Shown here: positions 1 to 13,256 of the stretch, one piece after another | Numbering within the stretch: the first letter of the stretch is position 1 | Layout: each line of letters starts with the position of its first letter | Assembly: GCA_965205265.1 (NCBI GenBank) | Contig: CBDBGH010000003.1 | Location: 1,216,001 to 1,280,000 of the forward strand | Length of the DNA stretch: 64,000 nucleotides | Origin: Alphaproteobacteria bacterium | GTDB lineage: Bacteria > Pseudomonadota > Alphaproteobacteria > Bin95 | Direction of reading: 5' to 3' | Program-made: the position numbers and the translations under genes | Notes under the pieces: generated by a model | The model's database searches: none | What the model was told of the DNA's origin: nothing | The model's input: the letters and a program-made list of their open reading frames with translations, nothing else

Positions 1-46
1 GGCTATTCTCCGCCGGTCGGATCCGGAACGAGAGGACATCCGAAGC

Positions 47-1180
47 ATGAAGATGACCGCCGCCGTGCTGATGCAATGCGGAGCGCCGCGCCCGTTCGCC
101 CACAGCAGGCCCGTGGAGATCATGGAGGTCGAGCTCGAACCGCCGGGGCCCGGAGAAGTGCTGGTGAGGATCGGCGGGGCCGGCCTCTGCCATTCCGACC
201 TCTCGCTGCTGAACGGCGACCGGCCGCGGCCGGTGCCGATGGTGCTGGGCCACGAAGGCTCGGGCATCTGCGTCGAGGCGGGGCCGGGCGTCTACGACAT
301 CAAGCCGGACGACCATATCGTCTTCCAGTTCGGCTCGGCCTGCGGGCGCTGCCGGCGCTGCCTGGAAGGGCGTCCGCAGGTCTGCGAGACCGCCGCGCGC
401 ACCAAGGGGCAGGGCCAGCTCATGTCCGGCGAACGGCGCCTGAAGCTGAACGGCGAATATATCGCCCACCACACCGGCATTTCCTGCATGGCGGAATATG
501 CGGTGGTGGACCGCGGCACCTGCGTCGTCGTGGACAAGCGCATCGACATCGAGGAGGCCGCGATCTTCGGCTGCGCCGTGATGACGGGCGCGGGCGCGGT
601 CATCAACACGGCGCGGGTGCGGGCCGGCGACAGCGTGGCGATCGTCGGCCTTGGCGGCGTCGGGCTGAACGGCCTGCTGGGCGCGAAGCTTGCGGGCGCC
701 GGGCAGATCATTGCGGTCGATCTGGAGGACTCGAAGCTCGGCCTTGCGCGGCAGCTGGGCGCGACGCACACCGTCAATGCCCGCGACGGCGACCATATCG
801 AGCAGATCCGCGACATCTCGGGCGGCGGCGTCGATTTCGCGGTCGAACTCGCCGGCACGATCAAGGCGATGGAAACCGCCTGGAACAGCATCCGCTACGG
901 CGGTACGGTGGTCACGGCCGGCCTCTCGCCGGCGGCCGCCGATTTCACCTTCAACCAGAGCGAGCTCGTGGCCCAGGAGAAGTCCATCCTCGGCTCCTAT
1001 ATGGGAAGCTGCGTGCCGGTGCGGGACATCCCGCGCTTCATCGACCTCTACATGCAGGGCCGGATGCCGGTGGACCGGTTGATCGACCGCAAGATCGGCT
1101 TCGAGGAGATCAACGCCGGTTTCGACAAGCTCCAGGATGTCGCCACGGTGCGGCAGATCCTGGCCCCGCACAGCGCATGA
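47..1180 (+). CDS. Zinc-dependent alcohol dehydrogenase (MDR family)
   Basis: GLCHSD and GHEG catalytic Zn motifs, structural Zn CxxCxxC...C, GLGGVG NAD-binding motif. Confidence 0.92.
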   Translation: MKMTAAVLMQCGAPRPFAHSRPVEIMEVELEPPGPGEVLVRIGGAGLCHSDLSLLNGDRPRPVPMVLGHEGSGICVEAGPGVYDIKPDDHIVFQFGSACGRCRRCLEGRPQVCETAARTKGQGQLMSGERRLKLNGEYIAHHTGISCMAEYAVVDRGTCVVVDKRIDIEEAAIFGCAVMTGAGAVINTARVRAGDSVAIVGLGGVGLNGLLGAKLAGAGQIIAVDLEDSKLGLARQLGATHTVNARDGDHIEQIRDISGGGVDFAVELAGTIKAMETAWNSIRYGGTVVTAGLSPAAADFTFNQSELVAQEKSILGSYMGSCVPVRDIPRFIDLYMQGRMPVDRLIDRKIGFEEINAGFDKLQDVATVRQILAPHSA

Positions 1181-1339
1181 CCGGAGGCTGGCGGGCGGCC
1201 TGAGGCGCCGCGGCAAGGCCGCTGCCGCCGGCATGAACGGCGCGCTATTGACTGCGGCATTTTGACGCGATTTCATAAGGCCGCCGCAAATCGAACGCAT
1301 GGGGAGGCGCCCGTGCAACCGGAGCGGAAGGAGGGACGG

Positions 1340-2146
1340 ATGAAGACCGTGTTGGTGCCGATGAACGAGGCGGGCGGGCTCGATTCGATGCTGGCCTGCG
1401 CGCGGATCGTGGCGGGGCGTTTCGGCGCCCATGTCGAGGGCTTCTACCAGCGCCGCTCGTTGCCGGACATCATGGCCGCCGGCGCGGCGGACGCCGCGTC
1501 GCCGGCCTTGCTCGACGATCTGGAGCGCCGCGACAACGAGGCGTCCGGCCGTGCCCGCGCCCGGTTCGAAGCCGCGCTTGAAGGGCGTTCGCACGCATGG
1601 CGGGAGGAAGTCGCGCGCCATCTGGATGTCTCCGAGCGCGCCCGCGCTTTCGACCTTACCGTGGTCGGCCGGCCGACCGGCGCCGGCGACTCGCCCTCGA
1701 TGAGCACGTTGGAGGCGGTGCTGTTCGAAAGCGGCCGTCCGATGGTGGTGGCTCCGCCGCAGGCGCCGGAGGATTTCGGCGCGAACATCGCGGTTCTCTG
1801 GAACGGCAGCACGGAGACTGCGCGCACCATCGCGATGGGTATGGAGCTGCTCAGGCAGGCGGAGCGCGTCCTGGTCGTGACGGTGGAAGGCGCGTTCGTG
1901 CCCGGGCCGAGCGCGGCGGAAATGGCGGAAGGGCTGGCGCGGCACGGCCTGCCGGTCGAGTCCGCGGTGCACCAGCGCGGGCGGCGCAGCGCGGGCGAGG
2001 CCATGCTCGCGGAAGCCGCCGCCTTCGGGGCCGACCTCGTCTTCAAGGGCGGCTACACCAGCAGCCGGCTGCGCCAGATGATCCTGGGCGGCCCGACCAG
2101 CCATATCCTCGCCGAAAGCACGCTCCCCGTGTTCATGGCGCATTGA
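1340..2146 (+). CDS. Universal stress protein (tandem USP domains)
   Basis: RBS GGAGGG before ATG at 1340; LFESGRP and C-terminal GGYTSSRLRQMILGGPT...LPVFMAH. Confidence 0.88.
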   Translation: MKTVLVPMNEAGGLDSMLACARIVAGRFGAHVEGFYQRRSLPDIMAAGAADAASPALLDDLERRDNEASGRARARFEAALEGRSHAWREEVARHLDVSERARAFDLTVVGRPTGAGDSPSMSTLEAVLFESGRPMVVAPPQAPEDFGANIAVLWNGSTETARTIAMGMELLRQAERVLVVTVEGAFVPGPSAAEMAEGLARHGLPVESAVHQRGRRSAGEAMLAEAAAFGADLVFKGGYTSSRLRQMILGGPTSHILAESTLPVFMAH

Positions 2147-2261
2147 CCGGATGGCGTCTTGACGGGAGGAAGTCCGCCCGGACGCAATTTCCACCTGTGG
2201 AAATGCGTTTCTCCGTCTCAGGAAAATCCCTAACCGGTTGATTTTGCGCATATAGTTTTTG

Positions 2262-2291
2262 TTGACAGCTTGCGACGGAAGGTCGCAGACT
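2262..2291 (+). promoter_or_regulatory. Putative sigma70 promoter upstream of the CBS gene leader
   Basis: TTGACA at 2262-2267, then CAGACT 18 nt later, in an AT-rich stretch. Confidence 0.45.
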
Positions 2292-2475
2292 TGTCTTGCG
2301 AAGACGGGAATGCGATGGGCGTTGCCGGCCAGGATCGAGGAGGATGAACGCCATGAAACCACCGGTCCGGGTCCGCCCCTCATAGGGGCCATCCGACAAA
2401 AGAAACAGACTGGCCCGACCGCCCTGCGGCGGGCGACAGGTTTCAAAAGAGACCCATCGAAACACCATCGATAGA

Positions 2476-2512
2476 GCCCCGCCGTGCAACCCGAGTTCCG
2501 GCGGGGCCGTTT
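2476..2512 (+). terminator. GC-rich hairpin (terminator/attenuator-like)
   Basis: GCCCCGCCG...CGGCGGGGC stem followed by CGTTT. Confidence 0.45.
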
Positions 2513-2535
2513 CATGTCCGGACGGAGAATGGAAC

Positions 2536-2967
2536 ATGTTCGTTGCGCAGATCCTCGCCGACAAGGGCCATGAGGTGGTGACGGCCGATCCCGGCGAATC
2601 GGTCGGGCATATCGCGCTCGCGCTGTTCGAGCGGCGCATCGGCGCTATGCCGGTGTCCTCGCCCGGCGGCGCGCTCGTCGGGATCGTGTCCGAGCGCGAT
2701 GTCGTCGCGGCGCTTGCCGAGCACGGGCGCGACGTGCTGGACCGTCCGGTCGAAGAGATCATGACGCGCCGGGTCATCACCTGCGCGCGCTCGGACCATA
2801 TAGACGACCTGATGGCGCGCATGACCGAGGGGCGGATGCGCCACCTGCCCGTGCTGGAGGGCGAGGAGCTGGTCGGCATCGTGTCCATCGGCGATGTCGT
2901 GAAGGCCCGCATGAGCGAGATCGAAGCCGAGGCGCAGGCCCTCAAGGATTACATCGCCACCGGGTAG
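2536..2967 (+). CDS. CBS domain pair protein
   Basis: RRIGAMPV...LVGIVSERDVV and RMRHLPVLEGEELVGIVSIGDVVK; RBS GGAG. Confidence 0.92.
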   Translation: MFVAQILADKGHEVVTADPGESVGHIALALFERRIGAMPVSSPGGALVGIVSERDVVAALAEHGRDVLDRPVEEIMTRRVITCARSDHIDDLMARMTEGRMRHLPVLEGEELVGIVSIGDVVKARMSEIEAEAQALKDYIATG

Positions 2968-3000
2968 TTCCGGCTTCGCAGAGGCTGGCGGCACTCGGTT

Positions 3001-3310
3001 CGTCGTCCCGGACTCCGGTCCGGGGTTCATCCCCGTTCCCTTCACTCCGATGCAAACGCCGGTAGATGGCTCCCGCCCCAGGGACACGCCGGACTCACGC
3101 ATTTGTTTCCGGTTGCTCGCATCGCATGTCATCAATCCGTCACCCCGGCCCCCGAGCCGGGGTCCAGCCTCGGTTCTCGCGGCATCCTCGGCGGTTTGTC
3201 CTATTCTGCACCGGCTGCGGCAACATCGGGAGCCATGGATGGACCCCGGCTCGGGGGCCGGGGTGACGAAAGGGGTGCGAAACGCGGCGTAGCCGGGCCG
3301 GGGTGACGGT
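3001..3310. repeat. REP/BIME-like palindrome cluster
   Basis: CGTCACCCCGGCCCCCGAGCCGGGGTCCA and its inverse TGGACCCCGGCTCGGGGGCCGGGGTGACG, plus partial copies. Confidence 0.75.
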
Positions 3311-4316
3311 TGTGGGCCCGGCCCGAATTGCGGTTCAATCCAAAAGGAATCCACACCTGACCGGGGAGGCCTGACATGGCGCCGAGGACATTCGGGGCGC
3401 GGAAATTGCCCGATGACGGGCCGCGCAACGGCTGGTTCGAGACGCTGCCCGCGCCGCCGCCCGCGCGCCGGGTCGAGGGCCGGGTCAAGGTCGATTTCGC
3501 GGTGGTGGGCGCGGGCATATGCGGCTGCTCTACCGCGCGGCGCCTCGCCGAGCTCCGGCCCGGCGACAGCGTGGCGCTCATCGAGGCGGGTCGGGTCGGC
3601 TACGGCACGTCCGGGCGCAATGCCGGCTTCATGCTGGACCACCACAGCCATGGCGGCATGAAGCACATGGAAGCCGCGCGGAAGAACGACCGGCTGTTCT
3701 CCGCCGGCACCGACTGGCTCCGCAGGCTTGTGCGGGAGCACCAGATCCAGTGCCAGTGGAGCGATTGGGGGCGCATCTATGTCGCCGCCGGCGCGGGTGC
3801 GGAGGCGGAACTCCGGGGCGTTTCGGACGGCTTCGACTCGCTGGGCGTGGCCTGGGCGGAACTCGACCGGGACGGGGTCGAGGCCGTCACCGGTTCGCGT
3901 TACTACCGGCGCGGCGTGCGGGTGGACGGCTCCGCCCTCGTCCAGCCGTCCGCCATGATGCGCGGCCTTGCTGCGACGCTCCCGGCGAATGTCGCGCTCT
4001 ACGAGGAGAGCCCGGTGCTGGAGACCGGCATGAACGGCGGCTTCCGCGTCGCCTGCCCGGACTGCGGCACGGTCGAGGCGCGCCAGGTCGTGCTCTGCAC
4101 CCATTTCTCCACCGAGGAAATGGGCCTTCTGAAGCATCGGGCCGTGCCGTGCGGCGCGTCAATCAAGCTGAGACGTTTGCGTCAATCAGGATGAGACGGG
4201 GGAAGGCGGCGGCCTGGAACGCAGGGAGGGCGTAGCCCGACCGGAGTTCCGGGCCGCCGGCTCGAAAAATTTCCCCCGGGCCTTCTGGCGGCCAGGGCCG
4301 GCCGGGCGAACGGTGA

Positions 4317-6685
<2,369 letters not shown>

Positions 6686-7559
6686 GCCGCCGCCTGCTCA
6701 GGTAGAGCGGCCACGACAATCAGGGCCCGCGGGGATCGTCTCCGCGCGCCGTCTCTTCTCCGACCCGACGGCCTGCCGCGACAATCAAAACCATTCCCGA
6801 AAACACTGTTTGTCGCGCCGCGACAATCAAAACCGGAAACCGCTTGCAATCCACCCCCCGCGCGGCAATCATCAACTCGCCGCTGCCGCCGGGAATCTCA
6901 TCCTGATTGACGCGCAGCTCTCACCCAGATTGTCGCGCCATAGTGCCGCTTGCGAGCTTCGCCAGCCTGACCGAGCCGCTGACGGACGCGCAGGCGGCGA
7001 TGCTCGGCGGGGAGGGAGAGTTCGGCTTGCTGCCCGCCCACCCGAACGGGAGCACGGTCCGCCTCACGCGGGACCGCCGCATCCTCATGCGCAACACGCT
7101 CTGGTATGCGCGCGGGAAACGCTTCCCGCCGGCGCTGATGGAGCGCGTAGCCGATATCCACCGCCGCAGCATCGAGGCGCGCTGGCCCGCGCTCGGGGAC
7201 ATCGCTTTCGCCGGCACCTGGGGCGGCATACTCGGCTTCACGCGCAATGAAGGCGCCATCTTCGGCCCGGTCCGGGAGGGGCTCTGGGCGCTCATGTCCT
7301 GCGACGCCGCGCCGATGACCAAGGGGGCCATCGGCGGCAAATTGCTCGCCGACCATATCTGCGGGGAGGACAGCGAACTGCTGCAGGTCGTGCTGTCGCT
7401 CCCGCGCGCCGCGCTCCTGCCGCCCGACCCGATCCTGCGCTTCGTGGTCAACCGCCGGGTCAGCCGCTTCGCCGCCTCTGGCGCCGCCGAGCGTTAGGGA
7501 ACCGCCGCGGCGCGGTCCCGGCCGCACGCCGGCCGGATGCCCTGGGTCCCGGCTGCCGG

Positions 7560-8340
7560 GGACGTCATGCGATGTCATGTTTCGTCATGAGGCGCCGTGA
7601 GCCTTCCCCGCCATATGTCATGGGATGTCATGTTTTGCATGCGAGTGGCGCATATCCTGTAGTCCTTTCTGGCATGAGGCTGCCGTCCGTCTCCCTCCCT
7701 CGCCTGTGAGGGAGGACCGCATGCGCACATCTCCGGAAGCCCCGGACGGCTCCCCCTTCGTCGCCCCGGCCTCGATCCGGGGCCTTGTGCGGTCGGAGCT
7801 CGGTTGCAGGGAGGCCTCGGCTCGCCCTGCGGGCGTCCGGGACGACGAAGGGAGCGCGCAGACCGCCGCAGCCGGACCGGCGAGGCGCTGTTGCGGACGG
7901 GAATGAGATGTGTGAATCCGGTAACCTGCAAGCGGGAGAGGCCCGTTTGCGGCCACAGGCCCGTCCTGCTGAAGCTGTATTCGTTTGCCTCCCGCATGTC
8001 GTTCCTCCACCTCGTTTCGTTCCACTCCGTTCCATCCTTACCGCCGCCGGTCTGCCCGGGTAGCGGGACCTTGATTCGCGCGTATCCTGCGCGGGCGCCC
8101 CCGCCCGCGGGCGGGCGTTTCGCGCCGGCGCGGTTCGCGCGCCTGATTGCCCGGATGCGCCCGCGCGCGCGAACCGGGCGCAGGGCGCACCTCGCCAGTT
8201 GGCCGAATCGGGGGCTTTTCGCGCCGACGCGAAAGAGCAGGGGAAGCGGCCCCGCGAGCGCCGCCTCCTTCCTCCTGGACCATGTAGGGAAGAGGGAGAC
8301 GATGTCAATACTATTTCAAGAAATTTTTCTGTATTTGCGA
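7560..8340 (-). repeat. Dispersed promoter-bearing element, copy A (homologous to 54400-55100)
   Basis: Long near-identical blocks shared with 54545-54830 on the opposite strand; TTGACA...TACATG at its 5' end. Confidence 0.8.
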
Positions 8341-8359
8341 ACGAAACGCCGTTTCCGGT

Positions 8360-8815
8360 TCAATCCCAGAAGCGCTCGCGCTCGGCCCGGTCGCGGTATG
8401 TGCGGGCGTGGCGGGCGGTGCGCTCGGGCGCGAAATCGAGCTGGCCGAGCGCCACGGCGATGTCGAGCAGTTCGTCATAGCGCGCGATCAGACCGTCCCG
8501 GAGGCGGAAGCGCGACATGCCCTCCACGACCACCCGGCGCCCGGCCGCGCCTGCCAACCGCGAGCGGTAGCCGAACAGCCAGGACGCATAGCCGGTCCCG
8601 CCCGCCTCGCAGACATCCCGGAACCGCCAGCGGAAGCCCTCCGCATCGCGCCAGAAATAGTTCTCCAGCATGTCTGCAATGGCATCCCGGCCCTCGAACG
8701 CGCCGTAGAAGGTGTCGTGGTAAATGCCGTCCTTCGTAAAGCAGGCGGCCAGCGCCCGCCCGTCCCCCGCCTCCACGGCGGCGGCGAAGCCGGGCAGCAG
8801 GATTTTCAGCGCCAT
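8360..8815 (-). CDS. NTF2/SnoaL-like protein
   Basis: LAACFTKDGIYHD...FEGRDAI...GMSRFRLRDGLIARYDE; RBS AAAGG. Confidence 0.85.
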   Translation of the reverse strand: MALKILLPGFAAAVEAGDGRALAACFTKDGIYHDTFYGAFEGRDAIADMLENYFWRDAEGFRWRFRDVCEAGGTGYASWLFGYRSRLAGAAGRRVVVEGMSRFRLRDGLIARYDELLDIAVALGQLDFAPERTARHARTYRDRAERERFWD

Positions 8816-9068
8816 CGCAATTTCCCTTTCCGGAGCGGGCCGCGTCCAATGTTTCCGCATCGTGCTCTGATAGAGCTTGTGACGGCAAGGTGTAACAGCG
8901 GCAGTGAATCGTTGAGATTCTGCTGATGTTGTTTACCTATCATTAAATGTCGCTTATATGTCGCTAGTCTGGCGCTTCAATTGCGCTATAGTGTCGTCGG
9001 CACATCTACTGGAACCAACTATGGTCGTATATTCGAAAACCAAACGCATAAAGCGGAGGAGATCAACC

Positions 9069-9707
9069 ATGACGTTAGATGGTGAAAAAGTAAGGCGAGC
9101 GCGAGAAGCAAAAGGGCTTTCTCAGGAAAAGCTTGCTGCAATGTCCGATGTGAACAAACGTACAGTCCAACGGGCCGAAGCAGGAAAACCCGTGGCACGT
9201 GAAACGGCGTCCTTTATGGCGGAAGCACTGGAGGTACCAGTGGACCAGTTGTGCATTAGCGATACGGCGACGAACGGTGCCCCGAAGGCAGCACTGGGTG
9301 AAGTCGTTTTGATCCCCACAATATCCGGTAGAAGAATCATCAACGAAATTCGCCGTTGCTCAAACGTACGGATCGATTACGAGGTAGAACCAGCTTCTGA
9401 GAATATCGATCTGCTAACAATGCTGCACGATAACCTTGAAAAGAAGCTGCCATCGAACGATATCGAGATATTGCGCCGTCAAGCCGACTTGAATGGAATC
9501 TTGCAAAAACTCTCTATTTTTGAGATTCGAGTTTTTCTGTCTGTGTACTGGGCTGATCGCGAGATCATTCATTATAATCCCTTTGAACCTCACCAAATAG
9601 TTGGCCGAGATGAAGAACATATAGAAGTAGCGTTGGTGGTCGTCTCTGATACAAAAGACGACTACATGATCCGCCGACCGGACGACTTGTCCGATATACC
9701 CTTTTGA
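9069..9707 (+). CDS. XRE-family HTH regulator with unknown C-terminal domain (low GC)
   Basis: VRRAREAKGLSQEKLAAMSDVNKRTVQRAEAG; RBS GGAGGA; GC visibly lower than flanks. Confidence 0.8.
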   Translation: MTLDGEKVRRAREAKGLSQEKLAAMSDVNKRTVQRAEAGKPVARETASFMAEALEVPVDQLCISDTATNGAPKAALGEVVLIPTISGRRIINEIRRCSNVRIDYEVEPASENIDLLTMLHDNLEKKLPSNDIEILRRQADLNGILQKLSIFEIRVFLSVYWADREIIHYNPFEPHQIVGRDEEHIEVALVVVSDTKDDYMIRRPDDLSDIPF

Positions 9708-9891
9708 GTAAAGCATGTAGGCATTTGACAATGCATGGGCTGTGACTGCGTCATATGAGAGGCAACTCGACCGTTATTCCTTCCTCAGCCTGTGCTGAAA
9801 CACTACCCCCAGTGCTGGGAGATACTGGCGGGCAAGCGTTGCCATACGAGCAAGTTTATGATTGCAGTTCGAAGATTTCCTTCGATTGCTC

Positions 9892-11409
9892 TCACATCAC
9901 CGCGCCGACCTGCCAGGGGATGAACTCGGCCGCGCCGAGGCCCTGGGCTTCGGACTTGGTGGCTTCGCCGGAGGCGACGGCGAGGAACTTGTCGAAAATC
10001 TCGCTGCCGACCTCGGCCACGCTCGCCGCGCCGTCGGTTATCGTGCCGCAATTGATGTCCATGTCCTCTTCGAGGCGGCGATACATCTCGGTGTTGGTGG
10101 CGAGCTTGATCGAGGGCACGGGCTTGTTGCCATAGACGGAGCCGCGCCCGGTGGTGAAGCAGACCAAGTTCGCGCCGGACGCCACCTGCCCGGTGATCGA
10201 GCAGGGGTCGTAGCCGGGGCTGTCCATGAACACGAAGCCCTTGCGGTCGATGGGTTCGCCATAGCGGTAAACCCCGGCGAGATTGGTGGTGCCGCCCTTG
10301 GCGGCCGCGCCCAGCGACTTCTCCAGGATGGTCGTGAGCCCGCCCGCCTTGTTGCCGGGAGAGGGGTTGTTGTTCATCTCGCCGCCATTGCGCGCCGTGT
10401 AATCCTCCCACCAGCGGATGCGCTCGATGAGCTTGCGCCCGGTGCGCTCGTCCACGGCCCGGCGGGTCAGCAGATGCTCCGCGCCGTAGATTTCCGGCGT
10501 CTCGGCCAGCACCCCGGTGCCGCCGTGGCGGACCAGACTGTCCACCGCCGCGCCGAGCGCCGGGTTGGCGGTGATGCCGGAATAGCCGTCCGAGCCGCCG
10601 CATTGCAGCGCAACCGTGAGCTCGGACGCGGCGACGGGTTGGCGCCTGGCGCGGTCCGCCTCCGGCAGCATCTCGCGGATGAGGTCGCGGCCCCGCTCCA
10701 CCGTGCGCCTGAGCCCGCCGGTCTCCTGGATGTTCATGGTGCTGAGGAAGGGGCCGCGCTCGAGGCCGTAGGCTTCCAGCAGGAAGTCGATCTGGTTGAC
10801 CTCGCAGCCGAGCCCGACCAGCACGATGCCGGCGAAATTCGGGTGGCGCGCATGACCCCAGAGCACGCGCTGGAGGTTCTCGTAGCCGTCTCCCGCCCCG
10901 GCCATGCCGCAGCCGGTGGCGTGGGTGAGGGCCACGACGCCGTCCACATGCGGATAATCCGCGAGAATGCGGTCCTCGACCGCCTCGGCGATGAAGCGCG
11001 CGGCGGTGGCCGAGCAGTTCACGCTGGTCAGCACGCCGATATAGTTCCTTGTGCCGACCCGGCCATTGGCGCGCAGATAGCCCTGGAAGCTCGCCCGCTC
11101 GCCTTCCGGCACGAAATCGACCGGCTTCGTCTCCCGGCCGATGGCGTAATCGCGCTCGAAATCGCCCATGGCGCAATTGTGGACATGAACATGCGCGCCG
11201 GCCTCCACCGGCTCGCTCGCAAAGCCGATGATCTGGTCGTATTTGCGCACCGGCTCGCCCGCCGCAATCGGGCGCGTGGCGATCTTGTGGCCCGCAGGCA
11301 CGACATCGAGCGCCGTGACGCCTTCGCCCGGAAGCTCCGTTCCGGAGAGGATATCAATGCGCGCGACGACCACATTGTCTTCGGGCGCAAGGCGGATGGA
11401 GAGGGTCAT
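9892..11409 (-). CDS. UxaA/GarD-family sugar-acid dehydratase (SAF + altronate dehydratase domain)
   Basis: PAGHKIA, HVHVHN, GRVGTRN, LQCGGSDG, NNNPSPGNKAGGLTTILEKSLG, FTTGRGS. Confidence 0.92.
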   Translation of the reverse strand: MTLSIRLAPEDNVVVARIDILSGTELPGEGVTALDVVPAGHKIATRPIAAGEPVRKYDQIIGFASEPVEAGAHVHVHNCAMGDFERDYAIGRETKPVDFVPEGERASFQGYLRANGRVGTRNYIGVLTSVNCSATAARFIAEAVEDRILADYPHVDGVVALTHATGCGMAGAGDGYENLQRVLWGHARHPNFAGIVLVGLGCEVNQIDFLLEAYGLERGPFLSTMNIQETGGLRRTVERGRDLIREMLPEADRARRQPVAASELTVALQCGGSDGYSGITANPALGAAVDSLVRHGGTGVLAETPEIYGAEHLLTRRAVDERTGRKLIERIRWWEDYTARNGGEMNNNPSPGNKAGGLTTILEKSLGAAAKGGTTNLAGVYRYGEPIDRKGFVFMDSPGYDPCSITGQVASGANLVCFTTGRGSVYGNKPVPSIKLATNTEMYRRLEEDMDINCGTITDGAASVAEVGSEIFDKFLAVASGEATKSEAQGLGAAEFIPWQVGAVM

Positions 11410-11424
11410 GGGCGGAGGCGCCTC

Positions 11425-12756
11425 CTAAGCGGCGAGAAGGTTGTGGAGTTCGCCGGCGCGGCCCGGCGCATCGAAGTCCCAGGCGAGTACGCTCAGCGTC
11501 GCTGCCGCATCGCCCAGCGCCGGTTCGGCGAGCGAGCGGAACTTGGCTTCCAGGTCGGCGCGGGAGAGCGGGTTGCCCGGATTGCCGCGCGCCATGGCCG
11601 TTTCGCGCCGGTCGGTCGCGCCGTCGAGCCACTGGACCTCCAGCGCCGCCGAGCGCGTGTCCCGGCCGGGTTCGGCCACCGGCTCGACGCGGGCGAGCAC
11701 CGAGCGCAGATCCGGGTCGGCCAGCGTTTCGGCGGTGAAATCGCCTTCCACCGCCGGGCGGCCGGCAAGGCCCAGCGCCGTGCAGAAGGCGAGGCTGAAC
11801 TTGCCTTCGAGCGGGGTTTGCGGGTCCGCCTTGCCGGCAAGCCGGATCGCGGCGGGATTGACGCGCAGCTCGATACGCCGGGCCTCGCGGCCGGCCGCCT
11901 CGGGCGCAAGCGACCGCGCGGCGTCGATGACCGGGTGGGTCAGCAGGCAGGCGGCATAGGGTTTGACCGTGTTGCGCAGCAGCTCCCAGCCGTCGTCGAA
12001 ATCCACCGCGCCGATGGCCGCCGCGCCGTCCTGCACCAGCGCGCTGCCGAGCCCGCCTTCGGCTTCCAGCAGGGCCTCGGACGCCTCGAAGCCGGCGGCC
12101 GCGAGTTCCGCCGCCAGCACGCCGTTCATCGCCGCCTTGCCGGCATGGAAGGGCTTGGCATGGGTGCCGAAGGAGCCCGTCAGGCCGCCGGCCTGCGTGG
12201 CGGCGGCGCCGAGCGCGCGGGCGATGCCGTCCTCGTCGAGCCGCAGCAGCACGGCCGCGGCGACCGCCGCGCCGAGCGCGCCGAAAATGCCGGTGGAATG
12301 CCAGCCGCGCAGATTGGCCACACCGCCGATGCCGTTGCCGAGCCGCGCGCCCGCCTCGAAGCCGGCGATGAAGGCGGCCGTCATGTCCCGGCCCTCGGCG
12401 CCGGTCTGCTGCCCCACGGCCAGCGCCGCGGACCAGACGGGCGCGGAGAGATGCGCCGTCGCGCCCACATGGGTGTCGTCATAGTCCAGGCAGTGGGCGA
12501 AGGTGCCGTTCACGAGTGCCGCCCCGGCCGCGCAGGTCGTGCCGCCGAGCGCGATGCGCGCCCCGCCTTCGGCCCGCCAGCCCTCGACGACGCGGCGCAC
12601 CGCCCTGCCGCCCGGCTCGCCGAGCGCGCCGAGCGTGACGCCCAGCGTGTCTAGCAGGCAGGCCCTGGCCGCTTCCATGACCTCGGGCGGCCAGTTCCGG
12701 CCGGGGGCCGCCGCCGCCCATGACGCCACGCGCCGGATCGTTTCGTTTTCGCTCAT
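11425..12756 (-). CDS. MmgE/PrpD family protein
   Basis: LVNGTFAHCLDYDDTH, RGWHSTG, KPFHAGKAA, KPYAAC, GKFSL. Confidence 0.9.
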   Translation of the reverse strand: MSENETIRRVASWAAAAPGRNWPPEVMEAARACLLDTLGVTLGALGEPGGRAVRRVVEGWRAEGGARIALGGTTCAAGAALVNGTFAHCLDYDDTHVGATAHLSAPVWSAALAVGQQTGAEGRDMTAAFIAGFEAGARLGNGIGGVANLRGWHSTGIFGALGAAVAAAVLLRLDEDGIARALGAAATQAGGLTGSFGTHAKPFHAGKAAMNGVLAAELAAAGFEASEALLEAEGGLGSALVQDGAAAIGAVDFDDGWELLRNTVKPYAACLLTHPVIDAARSLAPEAAGREARRIELRVNPAAIRLAGKADPQTPLEGKFSLAFCTALGLAGRPAVEGDFTAETLADPDLRSVLARVEPVAEPGRDTRSAALEVQWLDGATDRRETAMARGNPGNPLSRADLEAKFRSLAEPALGDAAATLSVLAWDFDAPGRAGELHNLLAA

Positions 12757-12779
12757 CTTCCCGTCCGTCCTCCCTCGCG

Positions 12780-13256
12780 TCACGGCGCGACGCAGGCGCC
12801 CCAGACCTCGTCGCTCTTCAGCCAGCCCTTGTGGCCCTCCTTCGCAACCCTGCACCAGCCCTCGCGGCGTTCGAGCACCGTGACCACCACGCCCCGCTCC
12901 AGCTTGGCCACGCCCCGGGCGCCCGCCTCCGGCGACCGCCGGAGCAGCCGGTCCGCGGTCGTCACGATGGCGCGGGGCCAGTCCGCCAGCAGATGCGCGC
13001 TCATCCAGCCCGTCTCGCCCCTGGGGTCCTCGACCTTCCGCCAGTTGAAATGCTCCTTGACGATCCGCACCGGCAGGCCCCGCTCCTCATAGCGCCAGAG
13101 CACGGGATAGTTCATGCTCGGCCCGACGCGGAGATTGGCCTCGGTGGCGCGGATCGCGGCGTATCGCGGCAGGGGCAGGCCGGTGAGCCGTTCGCCCGCC
13201 GCGGCGGCGCTGCAGAGGCAGAGGGCTGCGATGACGCTGCTTCGCAATGCCGTCAT
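12780..13256 (-). CDS. Secreted bacterial SH3 domain protein
   Basis: Signal peptide then TGLPLPRY, NLRVGPS, WRKVEDPRGETGW. Confidence 0.85.
   Translation of the reverse strand: MTALRSSVIAALCLCSAAAAGERLTGLPLPRYAAIRATEANLRVGPSMNYPVLWRYEERGLPVRIVKEHFNWRKVEDPRGETGWMSAHLLADWPRAIVTTADRLLRRSPEAGARGVAKLERGVVVTVLERREGWCRVAKEGHKGWLKSDEVWGACVAP

Noticed and set aside
9862-12654. Very long antisense or alternate-frame ORFs (also 14449-16986, 40545-42806, 42628-45432, 55088-57769)
   Set aside because: Shadow ORFs of high-GC genes; the opposite strand carries recognisable proteins.
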